In this document: positions 25,506 to 34,467 of the stretch, in pieces
Layout of the letters: each line of letters starts with the position of its first letter
Position numbering within the stretch: the first letter of the stretch is position 1
Source of the DNA: a virus
Length of the DNA: 59,383 bases
Strand: one strand, 5' to 3'
Virus record (IMG/VR): IMGVR_UViG_3300024232_000001
Coordinates: 1-59,383 of that record
Translations under genes and position numbers: made by a program
Notes under the pieces: model-generated
The model's input: the letters and a program-made list of their open reading frames with translations, nothing else
Database searches by the model: none
What the model was told of the DNA's origin: nothing

Positions 25506-25980
25506 CGAAGATGCTGCTCAGCCAACTGAGGGGATTGCCGCCACCCGTTCCTGTCGTCCCCGCCGGCATATATCCCGGCATCAGGCTGCTCGGGAGCGGT
25601 TGCCCCGCCATGCCCGGACCAATCGGCGCGTTATACATATTCGGCGCGGTCTGCCCTGGCGCATAGGGTGCCGGCAAAGCAGCGGGAGTCGCGGGCGCAG
25701 GAAGTTTCATGCTCGCCAGCGGGTTCTGTGCGGCGGGAGCCGTCATCTGCGCCTGTGTCGGAGGAGGAAGCGGCTGCAATGGCATGCCACCCGGATGCTG
25801 CATCGGGGCGGGCAACCCAGGCGCGCCAGCAGGCGGCATGCCACGTCCGCCACCCTGCATGCTCATCAGCAGGGCCAGTGCCATCGGATTGAGACCCGGC
25901 GACGTAAAGGCCGAAGGACTTGCCCCGCCCATTCCCGGCGCACCGCCGCCATACCCTCCACCGAACATTCCACCTGCCAT
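25486..25980 (-). CDS. P/G/A/M-rich low-complexity protein (164 aa)
   Basis: ORF track. Confidence 0.5.
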   Translation of the reverse strand: MAGGMFGGGYGGGAPGMGGASPSAFTSPGLNPMALALLMSMQGGGRGMPPAGAPGLPAPMQHPGGMPLQPLPPPTQAQMTAPAAQNPLASMKLPAPATPAALPAPYAPGQTAPNMYNAPIGPGMAGQPLPSSLMPGYMPAGTTGTGGGNPLSWLSSIFGGQSNY

Positions 25981-25990
25981 TGTCTTGTCC

Positions 25991-26320
25991 TCACCCGATA
26001 ATCAGAAGATTGAAGGTGCAATCCGTCTCTGCCGTACTCAGATGCGTCAGCACCGCTTGTCCACTTTTCTGTGAACTCGCATACAAACTCCCGGCAATCG
26101 CCGCCGCGTTGTGGCTCGTCGGGCAGAACGCCAGTGCCGAATAGAAGCCGATGCGAGCGTCGATGATCGTGGTCGTGGTCGCACCTGTCGCAAGCGTGAT
26201 CGGCAGGACCGTATTCAACCGCCCCGCCAGTATGTTGTTCACGACGGTCGCGACCCGCTTCACCCATTGCGGGACATCGCTGCCAAACAGCGGCGCGGGG
26301 ATATAGCCGGGATTTGCCAT
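25991..26320 (-). CDS. hypothetical protein (109 aa)
   Basis: ATG 26320 shares the TAATG junction with the upstream stop. Confidence 0.55.
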   Translation of the reverse strand: MANPGYIPAPLFGSDVPQWVKRVATVVNNILAGRLNTVLPITLATGATTTTIIDARIGFYSALAFCPTSHNAAAIAGSLYASSQKSGQAVLTHLSTAETDCTFNLLIIG

Positions 26321-27849
26321 TACCGAACCGTCCCCTGCGGCACGGCGTCGAGTTCGATGCCCGCGATATGGGTCCAGGTGTCCCCAAGAACGGTCGTGGT
26401 TGAAGCGCGGAGATAGCGTCCCGATGTGCGAACCGGACAATTCCCAAGACCGTTCAAGGCAACCGCTGCCGTGCTCGTCACCGTGTCTTGGATGCGCTCA
26501 CGATGGCCAATCGACACAGACGGCGTGCCGCCATCGACCAAAGGTCGCGTATTCCTGATGAGCGCGCGCCGCCCCGGAAACGGCTGCATCTCGCTGGTAT
26601 CGATCTGCGCGGCCATATTCGAGCCGGTGAAGTAGTTCAGCTTGTGGCTGTTATCGAACAAGCCGTACTGGAGCGCGCCGCCCTGCCAAATCGGGCTGTC
26701 GAGTGAGGCCGGTAGCGTATTCAGCGTGAAGCCAAGGACGGTAAAAAGTTGATCGAGCGTGTAGCCAATTCCGAGCATCCGGCACAGCGTCTCACTGGTG
26801 ATCTCGCACAGAGACCATTTGGCGAGGTCAATGTGATAACTCAACAGACGGTTCGGCACGCCACCAACCGAACCTTGACCGGGATAGACCCACGAGACGA
26901 TCTTGCGCACAGGGTCAGTCGCGCCAACCATGCGCAGGACATTGCCCGGATCGAGGTCAGTCAGAACCGTTCGGTCAACCTTGTTGAAGCCGATATTCGT
27001 TGCGGTAGAACCATCGAACCCGACAAACCCATCGTCTGTGAAGTAGTAGACCGAGCCACCAAAGATCGTCGGGCTTTCGGGAGATGGCGTGCCGCGGAGT
27101 CCCTGCGCCGGCAGGATCGAGAAAACTTCCGGCGGACCCGCATACATGATGTTTTTGACACCGTAGCGCTGAATTACGATCGCATCTGCCGATACTAGAC
27201 CGGATCGGAGCGCCTGGACCGCACCATCGCTACCTAGAAGATCAACTGCGCCAGATTGCACCTGCGCCGCCGTCGTGCCGCCCGGCGTCGGCCAACTCGT
27301 CGCGTCACCTGCGCCTGACCACCAAAGCCGCTGCTCCTTCGCACCGTTGGAGCCGTCTACGGTATTGCCGAGCATGACAAAGGCGTTCTTGACGACGGCG
27401 ATGTGCTTGGCCTTCGGCGCATTAGTCGATAGTGCCGAAAAGTTCGTGTCGCTGATCAGGTTGAATGTCTGAACCGCATCCGTGTAATTCGTCGCGATGC
27501 AGGAACCATTGAAATACTCGAACTCCCACCAGCCGTCCGAGCCAAGCGTATATGCGCCGCCCGATGTACGCGAGACATCTGCCCAACTGTTGCTGCCGGA
27601 AACCAGACGGTAGAGTTTGGTCGCATCCCCTGCGACGAGCGTGACCGCTAGGCTGCTGTCCACGAAAGCCGCCGCGCCTTGGCACCGCGCATTGAGCGCG
27701 CCCGAGTACGGCATTGGCGTCTTCACCGCGCCATAGCTGGTAGTCGTCAGTGGAACGACATTAGTGATAGTCGCAGACCCGCTGGCGGGGTAGTCCGGGG
27801 CGTCCGGCAACCACTCGTCTATCGGCAGGATGATCGGAGGCGTCGGCAT
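26320..27849 (-). CDS. tail (nozzle / tubular-B-like) protein (509 aa)
   Basis: In-frame ATG 27849 just after the upstream stop; position downstream of the adaptor-like gene. Confidence 0.6.
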   Translation of the reverse strand: MPTPPIILPIDEWLPDAPDYPASGSATITNVVPLTTTSYGAVKTPMPYSGALNARCQGAAAFVDSSLAVTLVAGDATKLYRLVSGSNSWADVSRTSGGAYTLGSDGWWEFEYFNGSCIATNYTDAVQTFNLISDTNFSALSTNAPKAKHIAVVKNAFVMLGNTVDGSNGAKEQRLWWSGAGDATSWPTPGGTTAAQVQSGAVDLLGSDGAVQALRSGLVSADAIVIQRYGVKNIMYAGPPEVFSILPAQGLRGTPSPESPTIFGGSVYYFTDDGFVGFDGSTATNIGFNKVDRTVLTDLDPGNVLRMVGATDPVRKIVSWVYPGQGSVGGVPNRLLSYHIDLAKWSLCEITSETLCRMLGIGYTLDQLFTVLGFTLNTLPASLDSPIWQGGALQYGLFDNSHKLNYFTGSNMAAQIDTSEMQPFPGRRALIRNTRPLVDGGTPSVSIGHRERIQDTVTSTAAVALNGLGNCPVRTSGRYLRASTTTVLGDTWTHIAGIELDAVPQGTVR

Positions 27850-27853
27850 GGCA

Positions 27854-28603
27854 TCACACCAAATGAGGAAGCAGCGCGGCAAGAGCCGCTGCGAGCGCAA
27901 GGCTAAAATATGTGGGCCTGATGCGCCCCTTAGCAGTCCGCCGCCCCGTCTCAGCATTGAGCGCCATCAGATAGCCGCGCGACTGTGGCAACGATGGATC
28001 GCCGTAAATCGCAATCTTGCATTCTGTCGCGAGATCAGGATCGTGCAGCACCTCCTGAGCCAGTATGAGTTTCGCCGTCGAACGGATCAGATCGAATGCG
28101 TCCTCTGTCCAGTAGTTCGCATCATCCGCGCTCTGGAGGGACGCCCCCCGAGCGACACCCGAGATGGTAATCGGATACGCGCCATCCGGGATGGGATAGA
28201 ACCGCAGTGTCTCGGCAAAATAGGCATAGTCGGTCGGATTGGCCGTCGTCTGAGGATTGACCGATATGTCCTCCACGTATTCCCAAGTCCGCGCCCGTAG
28301 GTAGTAGCGCTGATTGCTGATCTTAACCCTAAGTTTCTTGATCTCAGCCAGTGTGGCGAGCGGCGCATAGTCTGCGGACGTATAGAACTCTTGCCCAGCG
28401 ACGACGGTGAAGGCGTCCTGCGTGTAGACCTGATTGAAATAGAACTGCTCGCGCTCCCACATCGCCACCGCTGACTGGATCGCGTTCTGGATCGGCGACG
28501 CAGTGATACCGCTGTCAGAGAGCGGCGACAGCAAGTCCTGACGATCGCCGAGTTCATCGGCAATCTGCTTCTGCAAACCGATATAATCGGATGCAATGGT
28601 CAT
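27854..28603 (-). CDS. head-to-tail adaptor / tubular-A-like protein (249 aa)
   Basis: ORF track; called from position only. Confidence 0.55.
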   Translation of the reverse strand: MTIASDYIGLQKQIADELGDRQDLLSPLSDSGITASPIQNAIQSAVAMWEREQFYFNQVYTQDAFTVVAGQEFYTSADYAPLATLAEIKKLRVKISNQRYYLRARTWEYVEDISVNPQTTANPTDYAYFAETLRFYPIPDGAYPITISGVARGASLQSADDANYWTEDAFDLIRSTAKLILAQEVLHDPDLATECKIAIYGDPSLPQSRGYLMALNAETGRRTAKGRIRPTYFSLALAAALAALLPHLV

Positions 28604-28629
28604 CTGACTGTCGCCGCTCTAACGCAGGT

Positions 28630-28929
28630 TTACTCCTGATCGTAGATGCTCATGCCTTTCGGCGTGGCACTCGAACCCACCTGATCGGAATAGGCGTCAC
28701 GACTCATGCCGGTATAGCGTCGCGCCGCCGCACCGGGGCCATTCGCCGGCACATCCAGTTCGCCTGCGCCGGCACGTTCCCCTGCGCCAGTGCGCGCATT
28801 GCGGCTGAACGGCGAGCCGTGACTGTTCACGTTCGACATGCGGGCCGAATAGTTGTGCTCAGCCGCTTCGCTGCCGCCGCGGGGCGACGGGCCGGGACGC
28901 GGCTGGCGGGAACCACGATTCTTTGCCAT
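28630..28929 (-). CDS. disordered basic protein (99 aa)
   Basis: ORF track; AAGGAGTAACGAG before the ATG. Confidence 0.5.
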   Translation of the reverse strand: MAKNRGSRQPRPGPSPRGGSEAAEHNYSARMSNVNSHGSPFSRNARTGAGERAGAGELDVPANGPGAAARRYTGMSRDAYSDQVGSSATPKGMSIYDQE

Positions 28930-28956
28930 CTCGTTACTCCTTCTGCCTGTCCGTGA

Positions 28957-29556
28957 TCAGCCGCCGGACGGGGCGCGGCAAATGTACTGCACGACATTGC
29001 TACTCGTGCTGGTCTGCGTCAGCGTGATAGCAGCGGTGGAAGTCACATAGCTCTGGCTCGCAAGCGGGGTCGCGATCCAGGCAACGACGCAAAACGGCGT
29101 GCTCGTATAGGCGACATTGAACGTGATGACACAGCCGGTCGCGCTGGTGCCCATCGTGACGATGCCAGCTTCGTCCGTTCCCGTGATCGCTGGCGTGCCA
29201 CCACCACAGGAAGTCAGGGCCGGCGCAGTAGCCTGTGCCGTTGCAACATGAGTAGGCGTACCAGCTGAATTGCCGAAGGTGACAAGCGTTCCCTTCAGGT
29301 TGGTAGCGCCGCTCAGATTTGAAGTGCCGGTCGCCGAGAGTGTCGAAAACGCCCCAGTCGATGCCGTGTTGGCTCCGATTGGAGTTCCATCGATACAACC
29401 TCCCGTGATGCTGACCTGGTCCTTAGTCTGAACAGACAGGAGGGGTGCAGTCGATGGCAGAGCACTTGCGCCAGTCGCTACCGTGCAAGCCGCGAAAGCA
29501 CCGTGCCCAATGACCGCAAAACATGCCGCCACGAGAAGCGTGTTGAGATTCTTCAT
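28957..29556 (-). CDS. T/S/A/G-rich protein (199 aa) with signal-peptide-like N-terminus
   Basis: MKNLNTLLVAACFAVIGHGAFAAC; ATGA-coupled to the upstream oxygenase gene. Confidence 0.65.
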   Translation of the reverse strand: MKNLNTLLVAACFAVIGHGAFAACTVATGASALPSTAPLLSVQTKDQVSITGGCIDGTPIGANTASTGAFSTLSATGTSNLSGATNLKGTLVTFGNSAGTPTHVATAQATAPALTSCGGGTPAITGTDEAGIVTMGTSATGCVITFNVAYTSTPFCVVAWIATPLASQSYVTSTAAITLTQTSTSSNVVQYICRAPSGG

Positions 29557-30245
29557 TCGGCGGCATCCTCAATCGTCAGTTCCTGCTCGACAGGGGTCGC
29601 GAAAATGTTCAGCAACAGCGCGTTGCGGACCATGCCACATCCGCTCGCCAGAACGCCGTGGAAACTCTTGTCAGTGCGCGCGAACGCGAAACAGGTGTTC
29701 GGCATGAATGGCGCGGTCCACAGCGGCGAGAACCCGTCCATCTCCTTCAGCCAGGACAGGCCGTCATGCGAGAACTCAGGATCGCGATGTTGAAAGATTG
29801 TGGTCCCAAACTCCCTCATCCGATCGTCGCTCGGCAGGTAGAACAGGAACGACAGAAACTTGTTGGGCACGTCGGTATGCGGCGACAGATGATATTCGGG
29901 ATCGTCGCGCACCAGCCGGATATCAAAACCAACCTTCAGATCGATCGGACCGAACCGCTCATCGCGCACCATGCTGAACCTGTTATAGAGCGCTGCGACG
30001 TATTCGCCACTGCCCATCCAGGCGCATAGCTCAGCCCAAAAGCCGCCTAGCGCCACCGGCTCAAGCAAGCGGCGATGCGGATAGGCGCGCTCGCCATAGG
30101 CATCGTCGAGCGGCAGGTTCCGCAGCATCTCGGCATAGAAATCCGCTGGGAAGACGTTCCGGACGTACATGTGCCGATATGGCGCCTGAATCAGAGGCGC
30201 ACGCAACAACCGCATCAACGACTGTTCAGCGGCGGAAGATGACAT
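29553..30245 (-). CDS. 2OG-Fe(II)-oxygenase-like protein (230 aa)
   Basis: HTD (HxD) in YHLSPHTDVPNKF and distal KSFHGV; in-frame ATG 30245. Confidence 0.5.
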   Translation of the reverse strand: MSSSAAEQSLMRLLRAPLIQAPYRHMYVRNVFPADFYAEMLRNLPLDDAYGERAYPHRRLLEPVALGGFWAELCAWMGSGEYVAALYNRFSMVRDERFGPIDLKVGFDIRLVRDDPEYHLSPHTDVPNKFLSFLFYLPSDDRMREFGTTIFQHRDPEFSHDGLSWLKEMDGFSPLWTAPFMPNTCFAFARTDKSFHGVLASGCGMVRNALLLNIFATPVEQELTIEDAAE

Positions 30246-30957
30246 TGCCGATGCCCTTGAACGCGCCCTCCGTACGGCGTGCCTTGTCAGCCTGTGCGGC
30301 GTTCCAGCGAAAGCCCATGTCCTCCATACGACCGACAAGCGACTGATGATCGCCGCGCCCAGTATCGATCTCGATCAGAACGCTGCGGACCTTGGCGAGA
30401 CAGCCCATCGCGCCCGCGATCACGCGATGCTCCAAGCCATCCACATCGATCTTGACCACATCGGGTTGAGGGATCACCTCCTTTTCGACCAGCATGTCCA
30501 AGCGTACCGCGCAGGAGCCTTGAACAAAGCTGGGGCGCATTTCGGTGCCTTTGTACGTCACCGCATCGCCGTAGGTGTGGCACGATCCACCAGCCGCGAA
30601 GTTGCTGAGGAATAGAGGCCCGAAGCTGTTTTCATCCGACAGTGCGAACGGGAACGCCATCACGTCGGTTCGATTGATCAGCGCGTTCTGGCACAGCAGG
30701 GCAAAATTCTGACTCTCAGGCTCGAATGCGAACACCCGCGCCCCTGCCGTTTTCGCGGCCCAGATCGAGTACATCCCGACGTTGGCGCCGACATCCACGA
30801 ACACGTCGCCCGGATCGAGTTCAGCAAGCCATTCGATCGTATCGGGCTCCTTGGTGAACAGCGTCTGTACCCGCCATACGCAGGACTCGTTCGGCGTCGC
30901 ATAGAGAATGCGCCCCGTCGCGTGCTCAACCTTGGAGACGATGATTTCCTGCTTCAT
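30226..30957 (-). CDS. FkbM-family SAM-dependent methyltransferase
   Basis: VFVDVGANVGMYSIWAAK...ARVFAFEPESQNF. Confidence 0.8.
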   Translation of the reverse strand: MKQEIIVSKVEHATGRILYATPNESCVWRVQTLFTKEPDTIEWLAELDPGDVFVDVGANVGMYSIWAAKTAGARVFAFEPESQNFALLCQNALINRTDVMAFPFALSDENSFGPLFLSNFAAGGSCHTYGDAVTYKGTEMRPSFVQGSCAVRLDMLVEKEVIPQPDVVKIDVDGLEHRVIAGAMGCLAKVRSVLIEIDTGRGDHQSLVGRMEDMGFRWNAAQADKARRTEGAFKGIGNVIFRR

Positions 30958-31380
30958 AGCGGCGGCAATCCACGGCGACGTTTTTGGTAATTCTGCAAGC
31001 CTAAGCTTATTTTCGCTCGCGTCTCAGATGACCGTTTGCTCCCGCGATGGGCCGCCGCAATCTTCGCGATCGTTTCAGGTGCAAGCGGTCTTCCCATTTT
31101 AGCGATAGAAATCTTCCTTCTAGTTTCTTCGGATTTCGGCCTTCCAAGCGTAAGGAGTCGAATCCGCTCTAAATTTTCTGGGCTAGAAGCCCATTCAGAC
31201 CTCACCATTAGACAGCACGTCCTTTATCCAACGATGCCGAGGAATATAGACGCGCCCTCTCGTCACATCGTTGATGTGCGACCTAAGACGATAAGAAAGC
31301 GTGCCGGTAGTCTTGCCGACGTATTTCAGTTCGTCGGTTCTCGGATCGAGAAGACCGTATATTTGAACGAGATCGCTCAT
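30954..31380 (-). pseudogene. Degenerate GIY-YIG / NUMOD3 homing-endonuclease remnant split over two frames (31195..31380 and 30954..31208)
   Basis: IYGLLDPRTDELKYVGKT...RLRSH (GIY-YIG first half) stops at 31195; the other frame carries three NUMOD3-like SEETRRKIS / PETIAKIAAAHRG / SETRAKIS motifs; second half of the catalytic domain is missing. Confidence 0.6.
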
Positions 31381-32087
31381 GCCGCTGATTTATCCATCAT
31401 TTCTGCTACAGCGGCGGCGGAACGCTTAAGTGTCAAGCGATCGTAGACAGCAGAAGCGTGGACCGAATTGCCCATAAGTTCCTTCCATGGGACGGACGAG
31501 AATGCTTTTACTGCTTCAACCCTCCACTCCTCGCCAAACTCGCTGTCCTGGGTCTCTGGGAACGCGGGAATGCCCTGAGTGAAATGAACGAGTTTGGCAT
31601 CCGGACGGGGAGCATCATATCCGACCAGATGGTTCCACTCGGAAGGGAGTGCGCCAACCTGTTCGGGGTGGGCCCATTCCATTTTCAGAAGGCCACCGCC
31701 AGTTTTGACGTGTTCTGGCGTCAAGGTTTCGCATTTCTCGCAGTTAAACAGCATCACGCTGGCCCACTCGAAGGCCATGTCATTCTTGACGACCATGACA
31801 CTGTATTTTTTGTCAACGAGAGCGAACAATTCCGCGATATCTGCTCTCAGCATGATATCGATATCGAGAAAAAGCGCCCAATCCTTATACCCCATCAGAT
31901 GAGGGACCAGAAAGCGGCTGAAAGTGAACGGCGTCAGTCCAACACGGCGCAGAGGGAGCGTGGGCAGCACAAGCGGCGTGATGGAAACAGGCTTCGTCGC
32001 GCGCTCCAAGATCGAATGCGACAGCACATGGTACGAAACCGGTTGCCGATGGTCATATCCGATGAAAATGCGAAGCGTTTCAGTCAT
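31377..32087 (-). CDS. GT-A-type glycosyltransferase (GT8-like, DxD)
   Basis: RIFIGYD...ALFLDIDIMLRADIAELF; ATGA coupling at both ends. Confidence 0.6.
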   Translation of the reverse strand: MTETLRIFIGYDHRQPVSYHVLSHSILERATKPVSITPLVLPTLPLRRVGLTPFTFSRFLVPHLMGYKDWALFLDIDIMLRADIAELFALVDKKYSVMVVKNDMAFEWASVMLFNCEKCETLTPEHVKTGGGLLKMEWAHPEQVGALPSEWNHLVGYDAPRPDAKLVHFTQGIPAFPETQDSEFGEEWRVEAVKAFSSVPWKELMGNSVHASAVYDRLTLKRSAAAVAEMMDKSAA

Positions 32088-32599
32088 TTTGCTACCGCTG
32101 TGCATTGGAAAGTCGGACCGTAGTCGTGAAACTCGTGGAGCGTCCACCGATCCCAGATGCGCTCTAGCCACCACCGCGCCGGCTTAACGATCAGATGCGC
32201 ATTGCGGCCATCCGCGAGTGTCTTCATGGCTGGATGCGTACCAATCACCAGAAAGATGCCCTTCTGGGTCAGGAAGTGCAGATCATCCAGCACAGCTTCA
32301 AGGCATTCCGGCTCGATATGCTCCAGCACGTCTCCGCAGACCACGACATCGGCAGGCGCAGGGCGATCGGTCTTTCCGTCTACCGCAGGATCATACTCGA
32401 CGACCCGATAGGGCGCGCCGCAAGGGAAGGACGCCACCAATGTTCCCTTGCCAGCTCCATAATCAAGGATCGATTCAGCCCTCACGATATCGGCAAAGCT
32501 CAAAACGCCGGGTGCCCAGACCTTGCCGGAAGTGCCGAACGTTGGATTGCGACGGTGCAGCTCGCGGGTAAGCGCGATATATTCCTCGCTGATCAGCAT
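32084..32599 (-). CDS. class I SAM-dependent methyltransferase (171 aa)
   Basis: ILDYGAGKGTLV (motif I) and VVVCGDVLEHI. Confidence 0.75.
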   Translation of the reverse strand: MLISEEYIALTRELHRRNPTFGTSGKVWAPGVLSFADIVRAESILDYGAGKGTLVASFPCGAPYRVVEYDPAVDGKTDRPAPADVVVCGDVLEHIEPECLEAVLDDLHFLTQKGIFLVIGTHPAMKTLADGRNAHLIVKPARWWLERIWDRWTLHEFHDYGPTFQCTAVAK

Positions 32600-33999
32600 G
32601 CCGCGTCCGCGTACTCGCGGCCCCAATGCTTCAGTTTCTCGGCGATCTCCTCAATCACGCCAGACCACTCGCCATCCTTGTGCTGGCGAAACAAGCGAGC
32701 ACTTCCATACCACGGCAGCGTCGTTCCTTTAAGTTGGAACCGCCATGACGGCCTACTCGGGACAAGGACCCAGTTGGGAACGCCCAAAGCGCTAGCCAGA
32801 TCGTGCGCCGTGGTTGTAACCGTAATCAGTAGATCGAGGCTGGAGACGAACGACGCCGTACGGTCGTAGTCGAAGCACTCGACCCAGCCGGGATAGTGCG
32901 CGATGTGAATGCCGGTCTTTTCCTCAAGCTCGCACACCTCGCGGGCGGCATTGTCGGTGTACTGGAGCGAGAACCACTCGGCATCAGGGCGCGAGCGTAG
33001 GATCGGTACCAGCGCATCGATCGGCAGACTGCGCAGATCGGTACGAGTGCGTTTCACGCCGCCCGTCCAGGACAGACCGATGCGCAAGCGATGACCGCCG
33101 CCATCAGCGAACGGCGCGGCCTTCAGATAGGCGCGACCATCGCCCCACTCTGCGTCCGTATTGCGGAAGAACCGCGGCAGATCGGCAACACAGATCGAGG
33201 CGTCCGCGCCGCAGTCGTCCAGCCAATCGACTTGGCTGATGTGCTTGCGCGTCCCATACACCTCAATTTCCGGGAAGGACCGCTGGAATAGCGCCGGGAG
33301 CCGCGGATGACAGTCGAAGATCACTTTCTTGGAGATTCGGATAATGTCCGGCAGGCAATTGGCGTTGAAAATCTCGTCGCCGATGCCCTGGTCGCCGTAC
33401 ACGATCACCGTCTTTCCCGGCGAACCATCCCAATCGGGCACATCGATGTAGCTGCGTTTTTTGCGGTCCCCGTTGGCATAGGTCGCCATCCAACCTTCCC
33501 AGCCCTCGCGCCACAGCCCCAGTTCAAGGCACGCCATGCCGCGCTGCGCCTTGGTCTGATAGTTATTCGGGTCGAGCGCGAGAGCCTTGTCGCACCATTC
33601 GAGAGCCGGGGTGGGATCGCCTTCATTGATGTGAAGGCTGGCAAGATTCGTCATGATCTTGCAGCGTTCTTTGGGCAGCGTCTCGCTCTTCAGCGCCGCC
33701 AGCCAAGCGATCTGGGCAAGATCATTCTGACGTTCGTGCTTGTGCGCGCCACCCAGATTTAACAACGCTTCCGGGAAAGGTTTGCCCTCTCTCGTTTCCC
33801 GAGAATCGATCGCCGCCGAGGTGATAACCGCACCGACCCCGTTCATGCCGCGCTCTATGAACAGACCGCCAAGCAGGAACAGGGCTTCGGTGTGGTAGAA
33901 ATCGCCGTTGAGGATTTCCGCCAACTTGTCCATAGCCCCCGTGCCATCGCCTTTGACGATGAGCGCGCGGGCCTCTTCAATTGGGGAAAGCGACGCCAA
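32593..33999 (-). CDS. TPR-repeat protein fused to a GT-B (GT9/heptosyltransferase-like) glycosyltransferase domain
   Basis: N-terminal TPR-like helices; VIVYGDQGIGDEIFNANCLPDII and C-terminal GT9-like region; TTG start after TAAGGAGA. Confidence 0.75.
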   Translation of the reverse strand: MASLSPIEEARALIVKGDGTGAMDKLAEILNGDFYHTEALFLLGGLFIERGMNGVGAVITSAAIDSRETREGKPFPEALLNLGGAHKHERQNDLAQIAWLAALKSETLPKERCKIMTNLASLHINEGDPTPALEWCDKALALDPNNYQTKAQRGMACLELGLWREGWEGWMATYANGDRKKRSYIDVPDWDGSPGKTVIVYGDQGIGDEIFNANCLPDIIRISKKVIFDCHPRLPALFQRSFPEIEVYGTRKHISQVDWLDDCGADASICVADLPRFFRNTDAEWGDGRAYLKAAPFADGGGHRLRIGLSWTGGVKRTRTDLRSLPIDALVPILRSRPDAEWFSLQYTDNAAREVCELEEKTGIHIAHYPGWVECFDYDRTASFVSSLDLLITVTTTAHDLASALGVPNWVLVPSRPSWRFQLKGTTLPWYGSARLFRQHKDGEWSGVIEEIAEKLKHWGREYADAAC

Positions 34000-34010
34000 C
34001 GGCGATCTCC

Positions 34011-34454
34011 TTACGTCCCGTCAGTGCGGTAGACGAGGTTCCGCAGATTGATAATCAGGGACGTGGTGGCCGTGCCGCTCTCGACCTTGGCGCAGAGGAT
34101 CGCGTAGCGATTCGGATCGAGGTCGGACACGGAGATCGTCGGCGGGAGGCCAAGCACGTTGCCGCGGTTGACCGTCGAGATCGCCCCGGATGCGATGAGG
34201 CACGACAGGTTCGCCCCGCCGCCGGCAGCGATGCCGCTGGCGAAGCCGAAGCTGACGCCCTGCGCCGTGCCGCCCGTGGTGTGGTCTTCCTCGATGCTCA
34301 CGATCGTTGCCCCGTTCGGAACCTTCGCCAGGAAGATCACATCGCCGTTGCTCGATGCCGTCGAACCCATGTTGATCGAGCACGAAATCGAGTTGTTCCC
34401 GATCTGCACCGCCTTGGGCGTATTCAGGAAGAGGGTGCTGGTATAGGTTGCCAT
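34011..34454 (-). CDS. hypothetical head-associated protein (147 aa)
   Basis: ORF track; TAAGGGAGA directly after the capsid gene stop. Confidence 0.65.
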   Translation of the reverse strand: MATYTSTLFLNTPKAVQIGNNSISCSINMGSTASSNGDVIFLAKVPNGATIVSIEEDHTTGGTAQGVSFGFASGIAAGGGANLSCLIASGAISTVNRGNVLGLPPTISVSDLDPNRYAILCAKVESGTATTSLIINLRNLVYRTDGT

Positions 34455-34467
34455 CGTCTGCTCTCCC

